A stretch of DNA of 63,583 nt, filler included. It is 9 parts of 9 records of this genome, joined end to end, with 100 filler letters (N's around TTAATTAATTAA, not from the genome) between each part and the next. Parts side by side here need not be neighbours in the genome. Positions count along the whole stretch, not along the records: positions 28,508 to 35,085 come from SRR31147125_46433; positions 35,186 to 40,561 come from SRR31147125_46452; 7 more parts are not named here. One strand, given 5' to 3'. The position numbers were made by a program, and so were the translations under genes. Each line of letters opens with the position of its first letter. The stretch's first letter is position 1. Below, piece by piece: positions 30,318 to 40,661 of this stretch. Under the pieces are notes generated by a model that saw only the letters and a list, made by a program, of their open reading frames with translations, ran no database searches and was not told where the DNA came from.

Positions 30318-30893
30318 TTACCAGTTTTTCCCAAGAAGTTCAAAGTAGCCGGTGGGTTTGACGCACGCCGGACACTTTTTCGGGGCCTCTTTACCGGAGT
30401 GAATATAACCACAGCTCAGGCAGCGCCATAGTTGCTCTTCCGGTCTTTCAAAGGCGATATTGCGGGCCAGATTGGCAGCCAGTTCTCTATAAAGTTGCTC
30501 ATGCTGCTTTTCTGCGACGGAAATGGCATCCAGGGTGTCGGCAGCACGCTCAAACCCTTCTTCTCTGGCGATTTCGGCAAAACCGGGATACATCTCCGTA
30601 TGAACGTAATGTTCCAGGGCCGCAGATGAGAGAAGGTTGGCATGGGTATCTTCAAGGACACCTGCCGGAAACTTCCAGTTGATTTCCAGCTCACCCCCAT
30701 TGAAAAATTTAAAAAATCTCAGGGCGTGTTCCGTCTCCTGATCCGCAGTTTCCTGGAATATTTTTGAAATCTGGATAAATCCGTCATCATGGGCGCGTCT
30801 GGAAAAAAACTTGTAACGGGTGCTTGCCTGTGCTTCTGCGGCAAATGCCGTCAGCAGGTTTTTTGCCGTTCGGCTCTCTTTGAATTTTCCCAT
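30318..30893 (-). CDS. rbr: Rubrerythrin
   Basis: AFAAE.QA, EQETEHA-type ExxH, MYPGFA, AEKQH, C-terminal CxxC...CPAC. Confidence 0.93.
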   Translation of the reverse strand: MGKFKESRTAKNLLTAFAAEAQASTRYKFFSRRAHDDGFIQISKIFQETADQETEHALRFFKFFNGGELEINWKFPAGVLEDTHANLLSSAALEHYVHTEMYPGFAEIAREEGFERAADTLDAISVAEKQHEQLYRELAANLARNIAFERPEEQLWRCLSCGYIHSGKEAPKKCPACVKPTGYFELLGKNW

Positions 30894-30916
30894 GCAACCT
30901 CCGTTCTTATTTGGGA

Positions 30917-31108
30917 TTACTTTTCAATGATGATTGCTTCCGCACCACATTCTGCCGCCGCTTGACGAACGACATCTTCCAGATGCTTGGGAATTTCATC
31001 CATCTTAACAATGGACTTGAGTTCGTCTTCGTCGTACTCAAAAACTTCAGCACATAATTCGTTGCAGTTTCTGTCTCCCATGCACTGTTTGGTGATGGTT
31101 ACTTTCAT
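30917..31108 (-). CDS. Single-cluster ferredoxin (CxxDxxC...C)
   Basis: CMGDRNC, AAAECGAEAI; AGGAGG RBS. Confidence 0.88.
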   Translation of the reverse strand: MKVTITKQCMGDRNCNELCAEVFEYDEDELKSIVKMDEIPKHLEDVVRQAAAECGAEAIIIEK

Positions 31109-31176
31109 GAAAAACCTCCTTCAAAATTAATGGTCAGTAAAACAACGATGGTGATCTGAACAGCATAAAAATAACA

Positions 31177-31192
31177 AGCGATTTTCATGCCG
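31177..31192 (-). promoter_or_regulatory. Sigma54 -24/-12 promoter upstream of ferredoxin
   Basis: CGGCATGAAAATCGCT, GG-N10-GC. Confidence 0.65.
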
Positions 31193-31404
31193 TTGGTTAA
31201 TGTTCCCAATGCTTTGATGGGAAGGAACATCTATTTATTTGAATGATCTTTACACGCTTTTTGTCAGGGGCATTCAACTTGGTTGTGACAGGTCCCCGTC
31301 ATGGGGGGGATTTGAACGAGAATTTTGTTCGGATAAAGATGAGATTACTCATTTGTTCTATATGGCAATGAGTGAACAGTCAAATGATTTTGTATTCCAG
31401 CGGG

Positions 31405-33653
31405 TCATCCTCTCATCCAGGTGTGGAATTTTTCAGCCCATTGAAGCATTTTTTCAGGGACATGGGCTTTTTTCCACTGACCTGCCGCATATTTGTTGGC
31501 CTCGGCCATGGTGGGATAGATGTGGATGGTCCCGAGGATTTTGTTCAACCCCAATCCGTGTTTCATGGCAAGAATGAATTCGGAGATGATATCTCCGGCA
31601 TGGTTTCCCACAATGGTGACACCCAGGATTTTATCTTTCCCGGGCACTGTCAATACCTTGACAAATCCATGGGCTTCCGAGTCGGCAATGGCTCTGTCCA
31701 GATCATCGATATCGTACCGGGTCACTTCATAGGGGATCTTTTTTTCCTTGGCTTCAGATTCATTGAGCCCCACCCGGGCCACTTCCGGATGGGTAAAGGT
31801 GGCCCACGGAATGGTGCGATAATCGATTCTGAATTTTTTTACACTTCCAAACAGGGCGTTGATTGATGCAAACCACGATTGATGGGCCGCGGTATGGGTA
31901 AACTGATAAGGACCGGCCACATCTCCGGCACAAAAAATGGTCGGGATGGCGGTCTCAAGAAAGGCGCCGTTTTCAATGGTGCCGGTGTCGGATATCGATA
32001 TTTCCAGTGCTTCAAGGCCGAGCCCGGTGACATTGGGTGTCCGCCCGAGGGCCAGCAGCAAGGTGTCGAAGGGGATGATCGTCTCTTTTTCTCCATTGGT
32101 CCGGGTACAAATCAGTTCATGGTTGACTATTTTTTTTGCGGCATGACCGGTCACAACGGAAATGCCCTGGTCCTGGAATTTCTTTTTGATTAAATCCGAC
32201 ACTTCGGGATCCTCTTTTTTCATCAGACGATCTCCACGTTGTACGATGGTCACCCGGGAGCCGAGATGGGAGAACGCCTGGGCCAGCTCACATCCAATGG
32301 GGCCGCCGCCCAGCACCAATAGGGTTTGGGGGAGATGGGGTATGGACCAGATGGTGTCTGAGGTATAGTAGGAGATGGTGTCGAGTCCGGGAATAATGGG
32401 AATCGTTGGTTTTGCGCCGGTGGCGATGATAATATTTCGGGTGGTGAGAATGGTTCGCTCTAGGTTTTCATTGACTTTTTTCTTTTCTGATGCGGTTGAA
32501 GTGAACTCTTTTTCCATGCCATTTCCTGAAACGGTTTCAATTGAGTGATCTGATGTTCGGCAGGAATCCGTTTGGTTTCTAATTTCAACTTCATAGGGAG
32601 ATCGGATGATCGCCTCTCCTGATATACAGTCGACCCCCAGATTGGTGTAACGTTCCACAGAGTCGTGGGGTGCCACCTTTCCAATGACTTCATGGACCCT
32701 CTTCATCACTTTGGCGAAGTCAAATTCGATATGTCCCATCTCAAACCCGAACTCTTCGGCGCGTTTCACAAGAGAGAGCACATTGGCGCTTTTAATAAGT
32801 GCTTTGCTGGGAACACAGCCGGTGTTGAGGCAGTCTCCTCCCATTTTATCCCTTTCGATCAAAGCGACCTTGGCCTTGACGGCAGCTGCGATGTATGATG
32901 CGACAAGACCTGCCGATCCGGCACCGATCACCACCAGATTGTAGTCGAACTGTTTTGGCTTTTTAAAGTGAGCCATCACCTTACGGCTTCGGATGAAATT
33001 CAGGGCTTTCTTGGCAGCAATGGGGAAAATTCCCAGAACGGCAAACGCAAAGATAAGTCCCGGAGATAGGATGCCTTCCAGGGAATTCAACTGAGAGAGG
33101 TGTTTTCCGGCATTGACATAGACGATGGTTGCCGGAAACATCCCCACTTGACTCACAAGGGCATAAGTCACTGTGGGGAGTCGAGTGAGCCCCATCAGGA
33201 CATTGATGACAAAAAAGGGAAAAAGGGGGACCAATCTCAATGAAAAAAGATAAAATCCCCTTCTTTGTCAATGCCGCGATTGATCTGGGTCAGTTTATCT
33301 CCAAAACGGGTTTGAATACTTTCCCTGAATAGAAAACGCGCCACTAGAAAAGCCAGAGTTGCACCGATGGTGCTGGCGAAAGAAACGATAATCACCCCTT
33401 TGAAAAGACCGAAAACGGCGCCACCGGCGAGGGTCATGATGGTGGCGCCGGGTAACGACAGGGTCGTCATGGCAATGTAGATGATCATGTAGATGGAGAT
33501 GGCTGCCAAGGGATGGGCTTGCTGATGGATCTGAAGGTCATGAAGGTTGGACTTCAGGCCGGTCAGTGAGAAATGGTGATGGAGATCCATCAGAAAGAAC
33601 AATGCGATCAGCACGACAGCAGTGGTTAGAATGATCAGTTTGGAAGATTTCAT
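31405..33653 (-). CDS. TVP38/TMEM64 (DedA-like) membrane domain fused to a pyridine nucleotide-disulfide oxidoreductase; frameshifted at the T run near 33252
   Basis: LSLPGA, ASTIGAT, LRLVPLFPF; GAGSAG, GGDCLNTGCVPSK, GGGPIG, HIYPTMAE; no MerA C-terminal CC. Confidence 0.9.
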
Positions 33654-33713
33654 TTGGAGGTCCCCACAATTTTTTGATAAATCGGCTTTGCATGGGTCTT
33701 CTTTGAGTCCGGA

Positions 33714-33733
33714 AGACAAGGCATGCCTTATCT
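33714..33733. repeat. Degenerate copy of the REP at 29851
   Basis: AGACAAGGCATGCCTTATCT. Confidence 0.7.
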
Positions 33734-33774
33734 CCATGTTTGTTTTTTCCTTGAGAAGCCGACTCACAATGCGG

Positions 33775-34906
33775 CTATTCGATGGCTTGAAATTCTTTCA
33801 TGAATTTTTTGTCGATCATATCTTTGATGACAAATGCCGCTTTTCCTTTCACTGAAAGCCACTTTTTTTTCAATACGCCATAGTCCCCCCCAGGTTGAAA
33901 ATCAAAAGATAGTCGCCACCCGGATCAAAGGGCTGCAACGGATGGTTTTCAAGGGCTGCCATCAGATTGTTGAACAAAATGGGATTTTCTCGAACCGCAT
34001 ACACCCCCACCTTATCCAGAGGCTTTTCTTTAAAGTGGATGCAGTCACCGCCACCGAAAATATTCGGCTCGGTCGTACACTGAAGGTATCTGTTGACCAG
34101 AAGCCCTCTGTCCGGTCCTGTGGGGAGCCCCGATATTTCAAACATTTTTGATGGTTTGACGCCAGAAGCCATAAAGATAAAGTCTGACGGATGCCGTTTC
34201 CCCGAGTCCAGAAGAATGGTTTTATCATGCACCGATTTGACATAACCCGTGGTGTCGATGCGGATGTCCCGACCCATAAGGCAATGGGTGACCATGGTCC
34301 GGATTTTTTGAGGAAAGCGGGCCATCAAGGCATGTCCGGCAAAGATGGTGATTTGAGGCGGATGAACCGCACCTTCTCCCATTTTTTTCCGGAGGCGTTG
34401 GGCCAACTGCCACACATTTCCGGCAATTTCAGCAGAAGAAGGTCCCCCGCCGACAATGGAGACGGAGATTTTTCGGTTTCTCATCAGAACTTCAAGCCTT
34501 TGTTGCGCTTCCATGAGCCGTTCAATGGGTTTGACGGAAAAGATATCGGAATCGTCACCGGAGATGATGTTCCGGGAGACATGGCTGCCGGAGTTGAACG
34601 AGATGACATCATAGGAAATGGTTTCACCGGATTCCAGGATCAGCTCTCTTTTCTTGGGATCCACCCGCTCCGCTTTTCCTTTAATGAACGTTCCCCCTTT
34701 TTTTCCACCACATGCCGGGTGGCAAAGCGGATCTCCTCCGGGCGATAGCTTTTTCCCAGCATTCCCGGCCCCATGCCGGAATAGTAATGATGGGTGGAAG
34801 GGCCCACTACCGTCACCTTATGGCCCTTTGCAATAAATTGATCCAAGTTGGCCAGAGTGACCATATGGGCGTGTCCGCCCCCTGCAAGAACGAGATGTTT
34901 CCCCAA
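33775..34906 (-). CDS. FAD-dependent oxidoreductase (NDH-2/SelD N-terminal-like); two G-run frameshifts near 34695 and 33888
   Basis: LVLAGGGHAH, YYSGMGPG, VKPIE, GGGPS, FGGGDC, KVGVYAVR, IKDMIDKKFM after correction. Confidence 0.85.
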
Positions 34907-34916
34907 GAGTGCCTCC

Positions 34917-35084
34917 TTATGCAAGACTGTCCATGAGTTTGCCCAACTGTTTCAAGTGGGTTCTCTCTTCCAGAGCGATTTGCTTCAGGATTTCCCGACT
35001 CTCTTTGGTGTCGGCCTGTTTTGCCGCTCTACTGTACATATCCAGGGCTTGTGCCTCAATGGACATGGCAAGGGAAATCACATC
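34917..35084 (-). CDS. C-terminus of a ferritin-like/rubrerythrin domain protein
   Basis: AMSIEAQALDMY...IALEERTHL diiron-type motifs. Confidence 0.75.
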   Translation of the reverse strand, partial: DVISLAMSIEAQALDMYSRAAKQADTKESREILKQIALEERTHLKQLGKLMDSLA

Positions 35085-35185
35085 CNNNNNNNNNNNNNNN
35101 NNNNNNNNNNNNNNNNNNNNNNNNNNNNNTTAATTAATTAANNNNNNNNNNNNNNNNNNNNNNNNNNNNNNNNNNNNNNNNNNNN

Positions 35186-35213
35186 CTGTGTCTTACCGCT
35201 TGACGACGCCCCA
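35186..35213 (-). tRNA. tRNA-Gln, 5' part only (truncated by contig end before the anticodon)
   Basis: TGGGGCGTCGTCAAGCGGTAAGACACAG acceptor and D-arm; conserved ispE-tRNA-Gln-prs order. Confidence 0.8.
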
Positions 35214-35328
35214 AATATTTCAATGCCTTACTCTTCCCGATCAATATTTTTTTCAAACCTTCAGAAAGAGGGGTATATCAATACAACAAATCTGAACACT
35301 TTTGCAATGAAAATTTGACAAGACCATA

Positions 35329-36289
35329 TCAAATTCCAGAGAAAGAGGCAAGATAGACTTTTTTGCCACTCGCTTCCCATTGCTTGGTGAATTTCCGATG
35401 ATATTCCAATGCCATCTGAGCATCCGAGAAAAGGGCAAAAAAGTTGACCCACTTCCCGTCATCATCACCCGTTCCGGAATCATCCGGGATATCTCATCCC
35501 TGAATTCTCCCAACCAAGGATATCGCCTGCATGCCGCCGTTTCAAGGTCATTATGCATGATCGCATCCCAGGCCGGTTTCTCACCTGACGTTTTCAAAAG
35601 GGAGTTAATATTAAATTTGACCGGCTTTGTCAATGCCAAATCAATATTTTTATAAACTTCCGCAGTGGATGCCCCATAGCCGGGATAAAAAAGAAGGAGG
35701 GTCCGGGGCAACTCATGGGCCGGACATGGCGTCAACTGCTCTCCGATCCCCTGAACCAATGCGTCCTGACCATCAACAAAAAAGGGGACATCCGCTCCGA
35801 TTCCAAGGGCCAACGCCTTCAGTTCCCTATTGGAAAATGGAGATCCGTAAAAATGATTCATGGTTTTTAAAACAGCTGCCGCATTGCTGCTCCCCCTCCA
35901 AGGCCTGCCCCCACTGGAATCTGCTTGTCGATTTCAATATGCACACCGGCACCCCCGTTCAATGGGTATCTTTCCAGATGGGTATGCCTCCCATCATTTT
36001 CCGCCCCCCTCCGACTTTCGGAAACCATCGATCTCTTAAATTTATCATTACAGCCGTTTACAAATTGTTTAGCCGCTTTCACGACCAAATTGGAGTCATC
36101 CTCCGGCACGTTGGGATGGCGACACGAGACTGTGATCTCAGATCGATTGAACTCGAGCCGCATTCGATCATGCAGGGATATCGGCCTCATGAGCATCAAA
36201 AGCTCGTGATATCCATTTGATTTTCTACCGGTGATATAAAGAAAGAGATTGATTTTTGCCGGCGCTTTTACCTCAAGCACTTCCCCCAT
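35329..36289 (-). CDS. ispE: 4-diphosphocytidyl-2-C-methyl-D-erythritol kinase, two homopolymer frameshifts
   Basis: APAKINLFL, YHEL, IPVGAGLGGG(SSNAA), GADVPFF, NDLE, MTGSGST. Confidence 0.93.
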
Positions 36290-36606
36290 CAGCACTTTGC
36301 CTTGACATAGGCCATTTTCAACTCATGGATCAGACTGTTCATCAGCTTATCTTCTTCAGAATCCAGATTTCCTGCAGTCTTTTTCTTGAGCATATCGATC
36401 ATATCAATGGTTTGCCTTGCCAATGCCAGATCTTTCATACGCTTGCCTGTTGCAGGGTCAGGCATATCGCCCATCTGTACCAGTGCGGACGAGTAAAGGG
36501 AGATCAGGAATGTCGAGAAATCAACGCCGGGTAACTCCCTTTTTTCGGATGATAAATCCGATCCGTCACACTCATTCATCACAAAGCCATTTCCCTTTGC
36601 CACCAT
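36289..36606 (-). CDS. DUF1844 family protein
   Basis: VDFSTFLISL, LARQTIDMIDML..KTAGNL. Confidence 0.85.
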   Translation of the reverse strand: MVAKGNGFVMNECDGSDLSSEKRELPGVDFSTFLISLYSSALVQMGDMPDPATGKRMKDLALARQTIDMIDMLKKKTAGNLDSEEDKLMNSLIHELKMAYVKAKC

Positions 36607-36638
36607 TTTTCCAGTCCTCCTGATTATTTTGTTTACTG

Positions 36639-37301
36639 TCACGCAAAATGCCATTTCATAAACGGCGGACAGCGGTCATTTAATTCAAGCCACTCACAGC
36701 CGCCACACAAACCGTCCAAATCTCGACTTGAAAAAGCCACCGATGCAAGATGATTTGCTAAATAATAATGGAATACTTGAAAGACCTCCCCACCCATTTC
36801 CACCAGAAGATGTCGAGAATCGACGACCCTTACCACTTTAGGGTGAGACAGATAAGCGATGCCTTTTCCCCGGGATTTCAAAACCGCTTCTTTGGCGGTA
36901 AAAATCCTGAAGAAAAGATTTGATCGAAGTTGAAGTGTCATCGTATTCGCAGAGTGAACCTGAGATTCTATTTGAAACTTTCGCAACTCACCCGGAGAGC
37001 ATATTTTGTTGAATAACGGAAGTTTCACCGGCTTGATCATCTCAATATCCATTCCAACGGGAAACACTGCTCCCAGCCCGGCTACATAGGTCTCTTTGTG
37101 GGAAATGGCCCAATGGATCCCTCGACTTGGAACCGGCACTCCGCGATCGTTTTTTAAGATCTGTTGCATGGACAAAGAAGCGGCCTCAAGTGAGAGCAGC
37201 AGGCTTTTTCGAGCACAAACCGAAAGCGCCCGCCCTCTGTTTTTTCCTTTCAAACCCATCACAAACGGGGGCACTTTCAATACAACGGGGTGGAGCATCA
37301 A
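36639..37301 (-). CDS. 4'-phosphopantetheinyl transferase family
   Basis: WAISH, VGMDIE, FTAKEAVLK. Confidence 0.85.
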   Translation of the reverse strand: MMLHPVVLKVPPFVMGLKGKNRGRALSVCARKSLLLSLEAASLSMQQILKNDRGVPVPSRGIHWAISHKETYVAGLGAVFPVGMDIEMIKPVKLPLFNKICSPGELRKFQIESQVHSANTMTLQLRSNLFFRIFTAKEAVLKSRGKGIAYLSHPKVVRVVDSRHLLVEMGGEVFQVFHYYLANHLASVAFSSRDLDGLCGGCEWLELNDRCPPFMKWHFA

Positions 37302-39439
37302 CTCCCGAGCTCTTTGTCTTTTTCAGAAGCCAGTTTGATGACCACATCGGCAACGGTTGTCCCCTCTCCCTCTTTGTGGACAAACAATGGATTGATATCC
37401 AGCTCTTTGATCATGGGATAATGGGTCACCAAAGCTCTGAGGCTAATCAGATTCTTCTCCAAGGTTTCGATGTCTGTCGGCGCTTCCCCTCTGAATCCGG
37501 CCAAGATAGGATACCCTTTGATACTTTTTACCATTCGACGCACCACATTCCGGCCCATGGGTGCCATACGAAAGACCACATCTTTATACAGCTCGACAAA
37601 GATCCCGCCCAAACCGAACATGACGGCATGCCCAAAGCCTTCATGGCGACTGACACCCAGAATCACCTCTTTTCCGGAAGGGGCCATCTGCTGAACCAAT
37701 ACCCCATCAATGATAGCGGCGTCGTTGTAGTCCTTTGCATTTTGCAGTAACGATTGATATGCCGCCCTCACCTCTTCAGAAGTTTTGAGGCCGACCACCA
37801 CCCCTCCGGCATCGGATTTATGGAGAATATGAGGGGATACAATTTTCATCACCACGGGATATCCGATCTTGTCTGCAATGTCCACCGCTTGATCCGCCGA
37901 TTCGGCAAGGTCCATATCCAATGTATTGAACCCATAACATTTCAGCAGTCGATTTCCGTCCAACTCACCCAGAACACTTTCACCTCGATCGAGAATCTCG
38001 CTGATGATCTCCCCTGCCCCTTCATGGTCAACCGTCACATTGTATTGCGGCAAAATTCTTCTGGAGAGCCAGCGCGTTTGGGAATAGAGCGCCCCCAATG
38101 CCCTGGCGGCACTTTCAGGAAAGTGATACACCGGGATATGGTGTTTTTGCAGTAACTTTACCCCGTCGGACACATCGATCACCCCCATGAATGCGCAGAC
38201 GATCGGCTTTACCGATGCGTGGGCAATATTGACAATGGCTTCCGCCGTTCCCACGGCATCGGTCATGGATTGAGGCGTCAAAATAATGAGAACGCTGTCC
38301 ACTCCCGGGTCGCTGATAACGGTTGCCAGGGTATTCTCATACCGATCCCGTGCGGCATCCCCGATGACATCTACAGGGTTGTGAAAATTGGCCGTAGGCG
38401 GAAGATACTTATGAAGCTCTGCAATGGTCTCATCCGAGAATTCGGCAAGTTGCAGCCCGGAGTGTTCGCTCATGTCCGTGGCAATGATCCCCGGTCCGCC
38501 TGCATTGGTCACAATGGCAATCCGGTCTCCCTTGGGCACTTTTCTAGAAGCCAGGGCCTGGGCATAATCAAACAGCTCATTCACAGTATCACACCGAATA
38601 ATCCCGGCCTGATCGAAAACGGCATCATAGATGGTATCGGATCCGGCAAGGGAGCCGGTGTGAGACGCGGCGGCGGCGGCTCCGGCATCGGATATCCCCG
38701 ATTTGATCACAATCACCGGCGTAGGATTGATTCCGGATGTCATTTCCCGTACCTCGGAGATGAACGCTTCGGCACTGCGGGAGAGCTCTTCCATATAAAT
38801 CATCACCACATCGGTATGGGGATCCTGATGATAGTAGCGAAGCAGATCCAGCTCATCCACATCCGCCTTGTTTCCAATGGAAATGAATTTCGAAAAACCG
38901 AATCCTTTATCAGCCGCAAAGTCGAGAACCGCCGTACAGAGAGCACCACTTTGGGAGATAAATGAGATATTTCCCGCCTCAGGCATTCTTTTGGAAAAGC
39001 TTGCGTTCAATGAGACCTTTGGCGCGGGATTGATCACCCCGAGGCAGTTGGGGCCGACCAGTCGGATATCCGCCTCTCTGCAGAGCGTCTGAATCTTCTG
39101 CTCAATCTCAAGTCCTTCGCCCCCCACCTCTTTAAAACCGGCGGATACGATCACCACGCCCTTAACCCCTTTGGCAATGCAGGCTTCCACCGCACCCAAA
39201 GCCAACTTGGGTGGAAGGATAACCATGGCCAGATCAACGGGATCAGGGATATCGGTGATACTGTTATAACACTTTACACTTAATATCGCTTTGGCTTTTG
39301 GATTGACCGGGTAGAGGGTGCCTTGATATCCACCGTAAAGGATGTTGGCAAATATATCATGCCCCACTTTTCCTTTTTGAGTGGACGCCCCCAACACAGC
39401 AATGGAATCAGGTGCAAATATGGCATCGAGTTTATCCAT
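37298..39439 (-). CDS. Acetate--CoA ligase (ADP-forming), fused alpha/beta
   Basis: VGPNCLG, SQSGA, SHTGSLAG, NAGGPG, NPVDVIGD, HKSDAGGV, DINPL. Confidence 0.93.
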   Translation of the reverse strand: MDKLDAIFAPDSIAVLGASTQKGKVGHDIFANILYGGYQGTLYPVNPKAKAILSVKCYNSITDIPDPVDLAMVILPPKLALGAVEACIAKGVKGVVIVSAGFKEVGGEGLEIEQKIQTLCREADIRLVGPNCLGVINPAPKVSLNASFSKRMPEAGNISFISQSGALCTAVLDFAADKGFGFSKFISIGNKADVDELDLLRYYHQDPHTDVVMIYMEELSRSAEAFISEVREMTSGINPTPVIVIKSGISDAGAAAAASHTGSLAGSDTIYDAVFDQAGIIRCDTVNELFDYAQALASRKVPKGDRIAIVTNAGGPGIIATDMSEHSGLQLAEFSDETIAELHKYLPPTANFHNPVDVIGDAARDRYENTLATVISDPGVDSVLIILTPQSMTDAVGTAEAIVNIAHASVKPIVCAFMGVIDVSDGVKLLQKHHIPVYHFPESAARALGALYSQTRWLSRRILPQYNVTVDHEGAGEIISEILDRGESVLGELDGNRLLKCYGFNTLDMDLAESADQAVDIADKIGYPVVMKIVSPHILHKSDAGGVVVGLKTSEEVRAAYQSLLQNAKDYNDAAIIDGVLVQQMAPSGKEVILGVSRHEGFGHAVMFGLGGIFVELYKDVVFRMAPMGRNVVRRMVKSIKGYPILAGFRGEAPTDIETLEKNLISLRALVTHYPMIKELDINPLFVHKEGEGTTVADVVIKLASEKDKELGS

Positions 39440-39509
39440 TCATCATCTCCATGGTTTTCGGTCCAATTTGAGCGGTTGGGCTGTCATGCCCCTTTATATG
39501 CTTTTATTT

Positions 39510-39540
39510 GGGGGAGGAGAAAATTTAAATCCGCCCCCTA
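39510..39540. repeat. Degenerate REP-like hairpin
   Basis: GGGGGAGGA...TCCGCCCCCTA. Confidence 0.45.
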
Positions 39541-39695
39541 TCCCGTAATTGGTTTTTAATATCTCTTCAGTCATAAGTTCTCAGATTCGACCCTAAATAT
39601 TGTCCTTAAAGGATATAAGTCTCTCTACATACGGCATGAAAAAAGAGACGTTATGACTCTCGAGTTAATATGCACTTGATCGTAATAACGATTCA

Positions 39696-40463
39696 TCAAG
39701 GGCGAATGATATCGAACACGGTTTCCATCAAGTTATCCACACCCGTTACGGCTGGAGAATCATTGGGAAGATCGATCAACGAACGCCGTTCCATGTCAAA
39801 CTCCAACAGTGCATCATCGTTGGGAAGCGAAGCCAGGATCGGCACCCCGATCTTTTCCACCTCTCCAAGAAACGCATCCCCGAGTTTTTCAGGCGCCCGA
39901 TTGACAACAAGCCCGACATTGCCCACAGTCAGTTTCAAGTCATCCAGCATGGAGTTGATTCGTCCGACCGCTCGTAACCCCCTCAATGCATAGTCGGTCA
40001 CCAACAGCAACATATCCACCTTTCCCGCAGTCCGACGACTCAAGTGTTCCATCCCGGCCTCGTTATCCACCAGAAGAAACTTGTAGTTCTTCTCCAGCTC
40101 TTCTGAAAAGCGGTTCAGGATATTGTTGACCATGCAGTAGCACCCTTGCCCTTCTTGCCGCCCCATGACCAAAAGATCAAACTCTTTTCTCTCAATCAAC
40201 ACCTGATTCATGAGCATCTCGAGATAGACAATCTTGTCCATCCCCGCTGGAACGCCCTGAGGGTCTTTCATAAAATCTTCACGGATATCCCCCACGGTTT
40301 TTTCGACATCCATACCAAGGGTTTCACCCAGGTTACTGTTGGGGTCCGCATCCACGGCAAGCACCGGCGCATAATCATTCTTTGCAAGATGGCGAAGTAC
40401 AAGGGATGCCACCGTTGTTTTTCCCACGCCGCCTTTTCCGGCCAACGCAATTATTTTACTCAT
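39696..40463 (-). CDS. cooC: CO dehydrogenase/ACS nickel-insertion ATPase (CooC/AcsF)
   Basis: GKGGVGKTT, VDADPNSNL, GQGCYC, DNEAGMEHLSR. Confidence 0.9.
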   Translation of the reverse strand: MSKIIALAGKGGVGKTTVASLVLRHLAKNDYAPVLAVDADPNSNLGETLGMDVEKTVGDIREDFMKDPQGVPAGMDKIVYLEMLMNQVLIERKEFDLLVMGRQEGQGCYCMVNNILNRFSEELEKNYKFLLVDNEAGMEHLSRRTAGKVDMLLLVTDYALRGLRAVGRINSMLDDLKLTVGNVGLVVNRAPEKLGDAFLGEVEKIGVPILASLPNDDALLEFDMERRSLIDLPNDSPAVTGVDNLMETVFDIIRP

Positions 40464-40481
40464 AACATCTCCAAAAATTAA

Positions 40482-40512
40482 GTAGGCCGGCCCACACACA
40501 TGAGCCGCCTAC
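40482..40512. repeat. GTAG...CTAC REP-like hairpin
   Basis: GTAGGCCGGCCCACACACATGAGCCGCCTAC. Confidence 0.55.
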
Positions 40513-40661
40513 ATACGATTTATATTGATCTTTGACAACGGACGCAATTCCTTTTAAAAAANNNNNNNNNNNNNNNNNNNNNNNNNNNNNNNNNNNNNNN
40601 NNNNNTTAATTAATTAANNNNNNNNNNNNNNNNNNNNNNNNNNNNNNNNNNNNNNNNNNNN

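Noticed and set aside
32458-32580. Intein in the oxidoreductase
   Set aside because: Far too short and lacks Cys/Ser start and His-Asn end motifs
31405-33240. Mercuric reductase MerA
   Set aside because: No C-terminal Cys-Cys, no NmerA domain, no mer genes
26175-33653. Arsenosugar cluster linking TIGR04282 with the TVP38-reductase fusion
   Set aside because: The genes are on different contigs separated by a spacer; no arsM or arsS is seen
35329-36289. ispE and other split genes as pseudogenes or programmed frameshifts
   Set aside because: ispE is normally essential, the breaks are all at homopolymers, and there is no other decay
39733-39741. Single DnaA box TTATCCACA in cooC
   Set aside because: An isolated 9-mer inside a coding region is expected by chance
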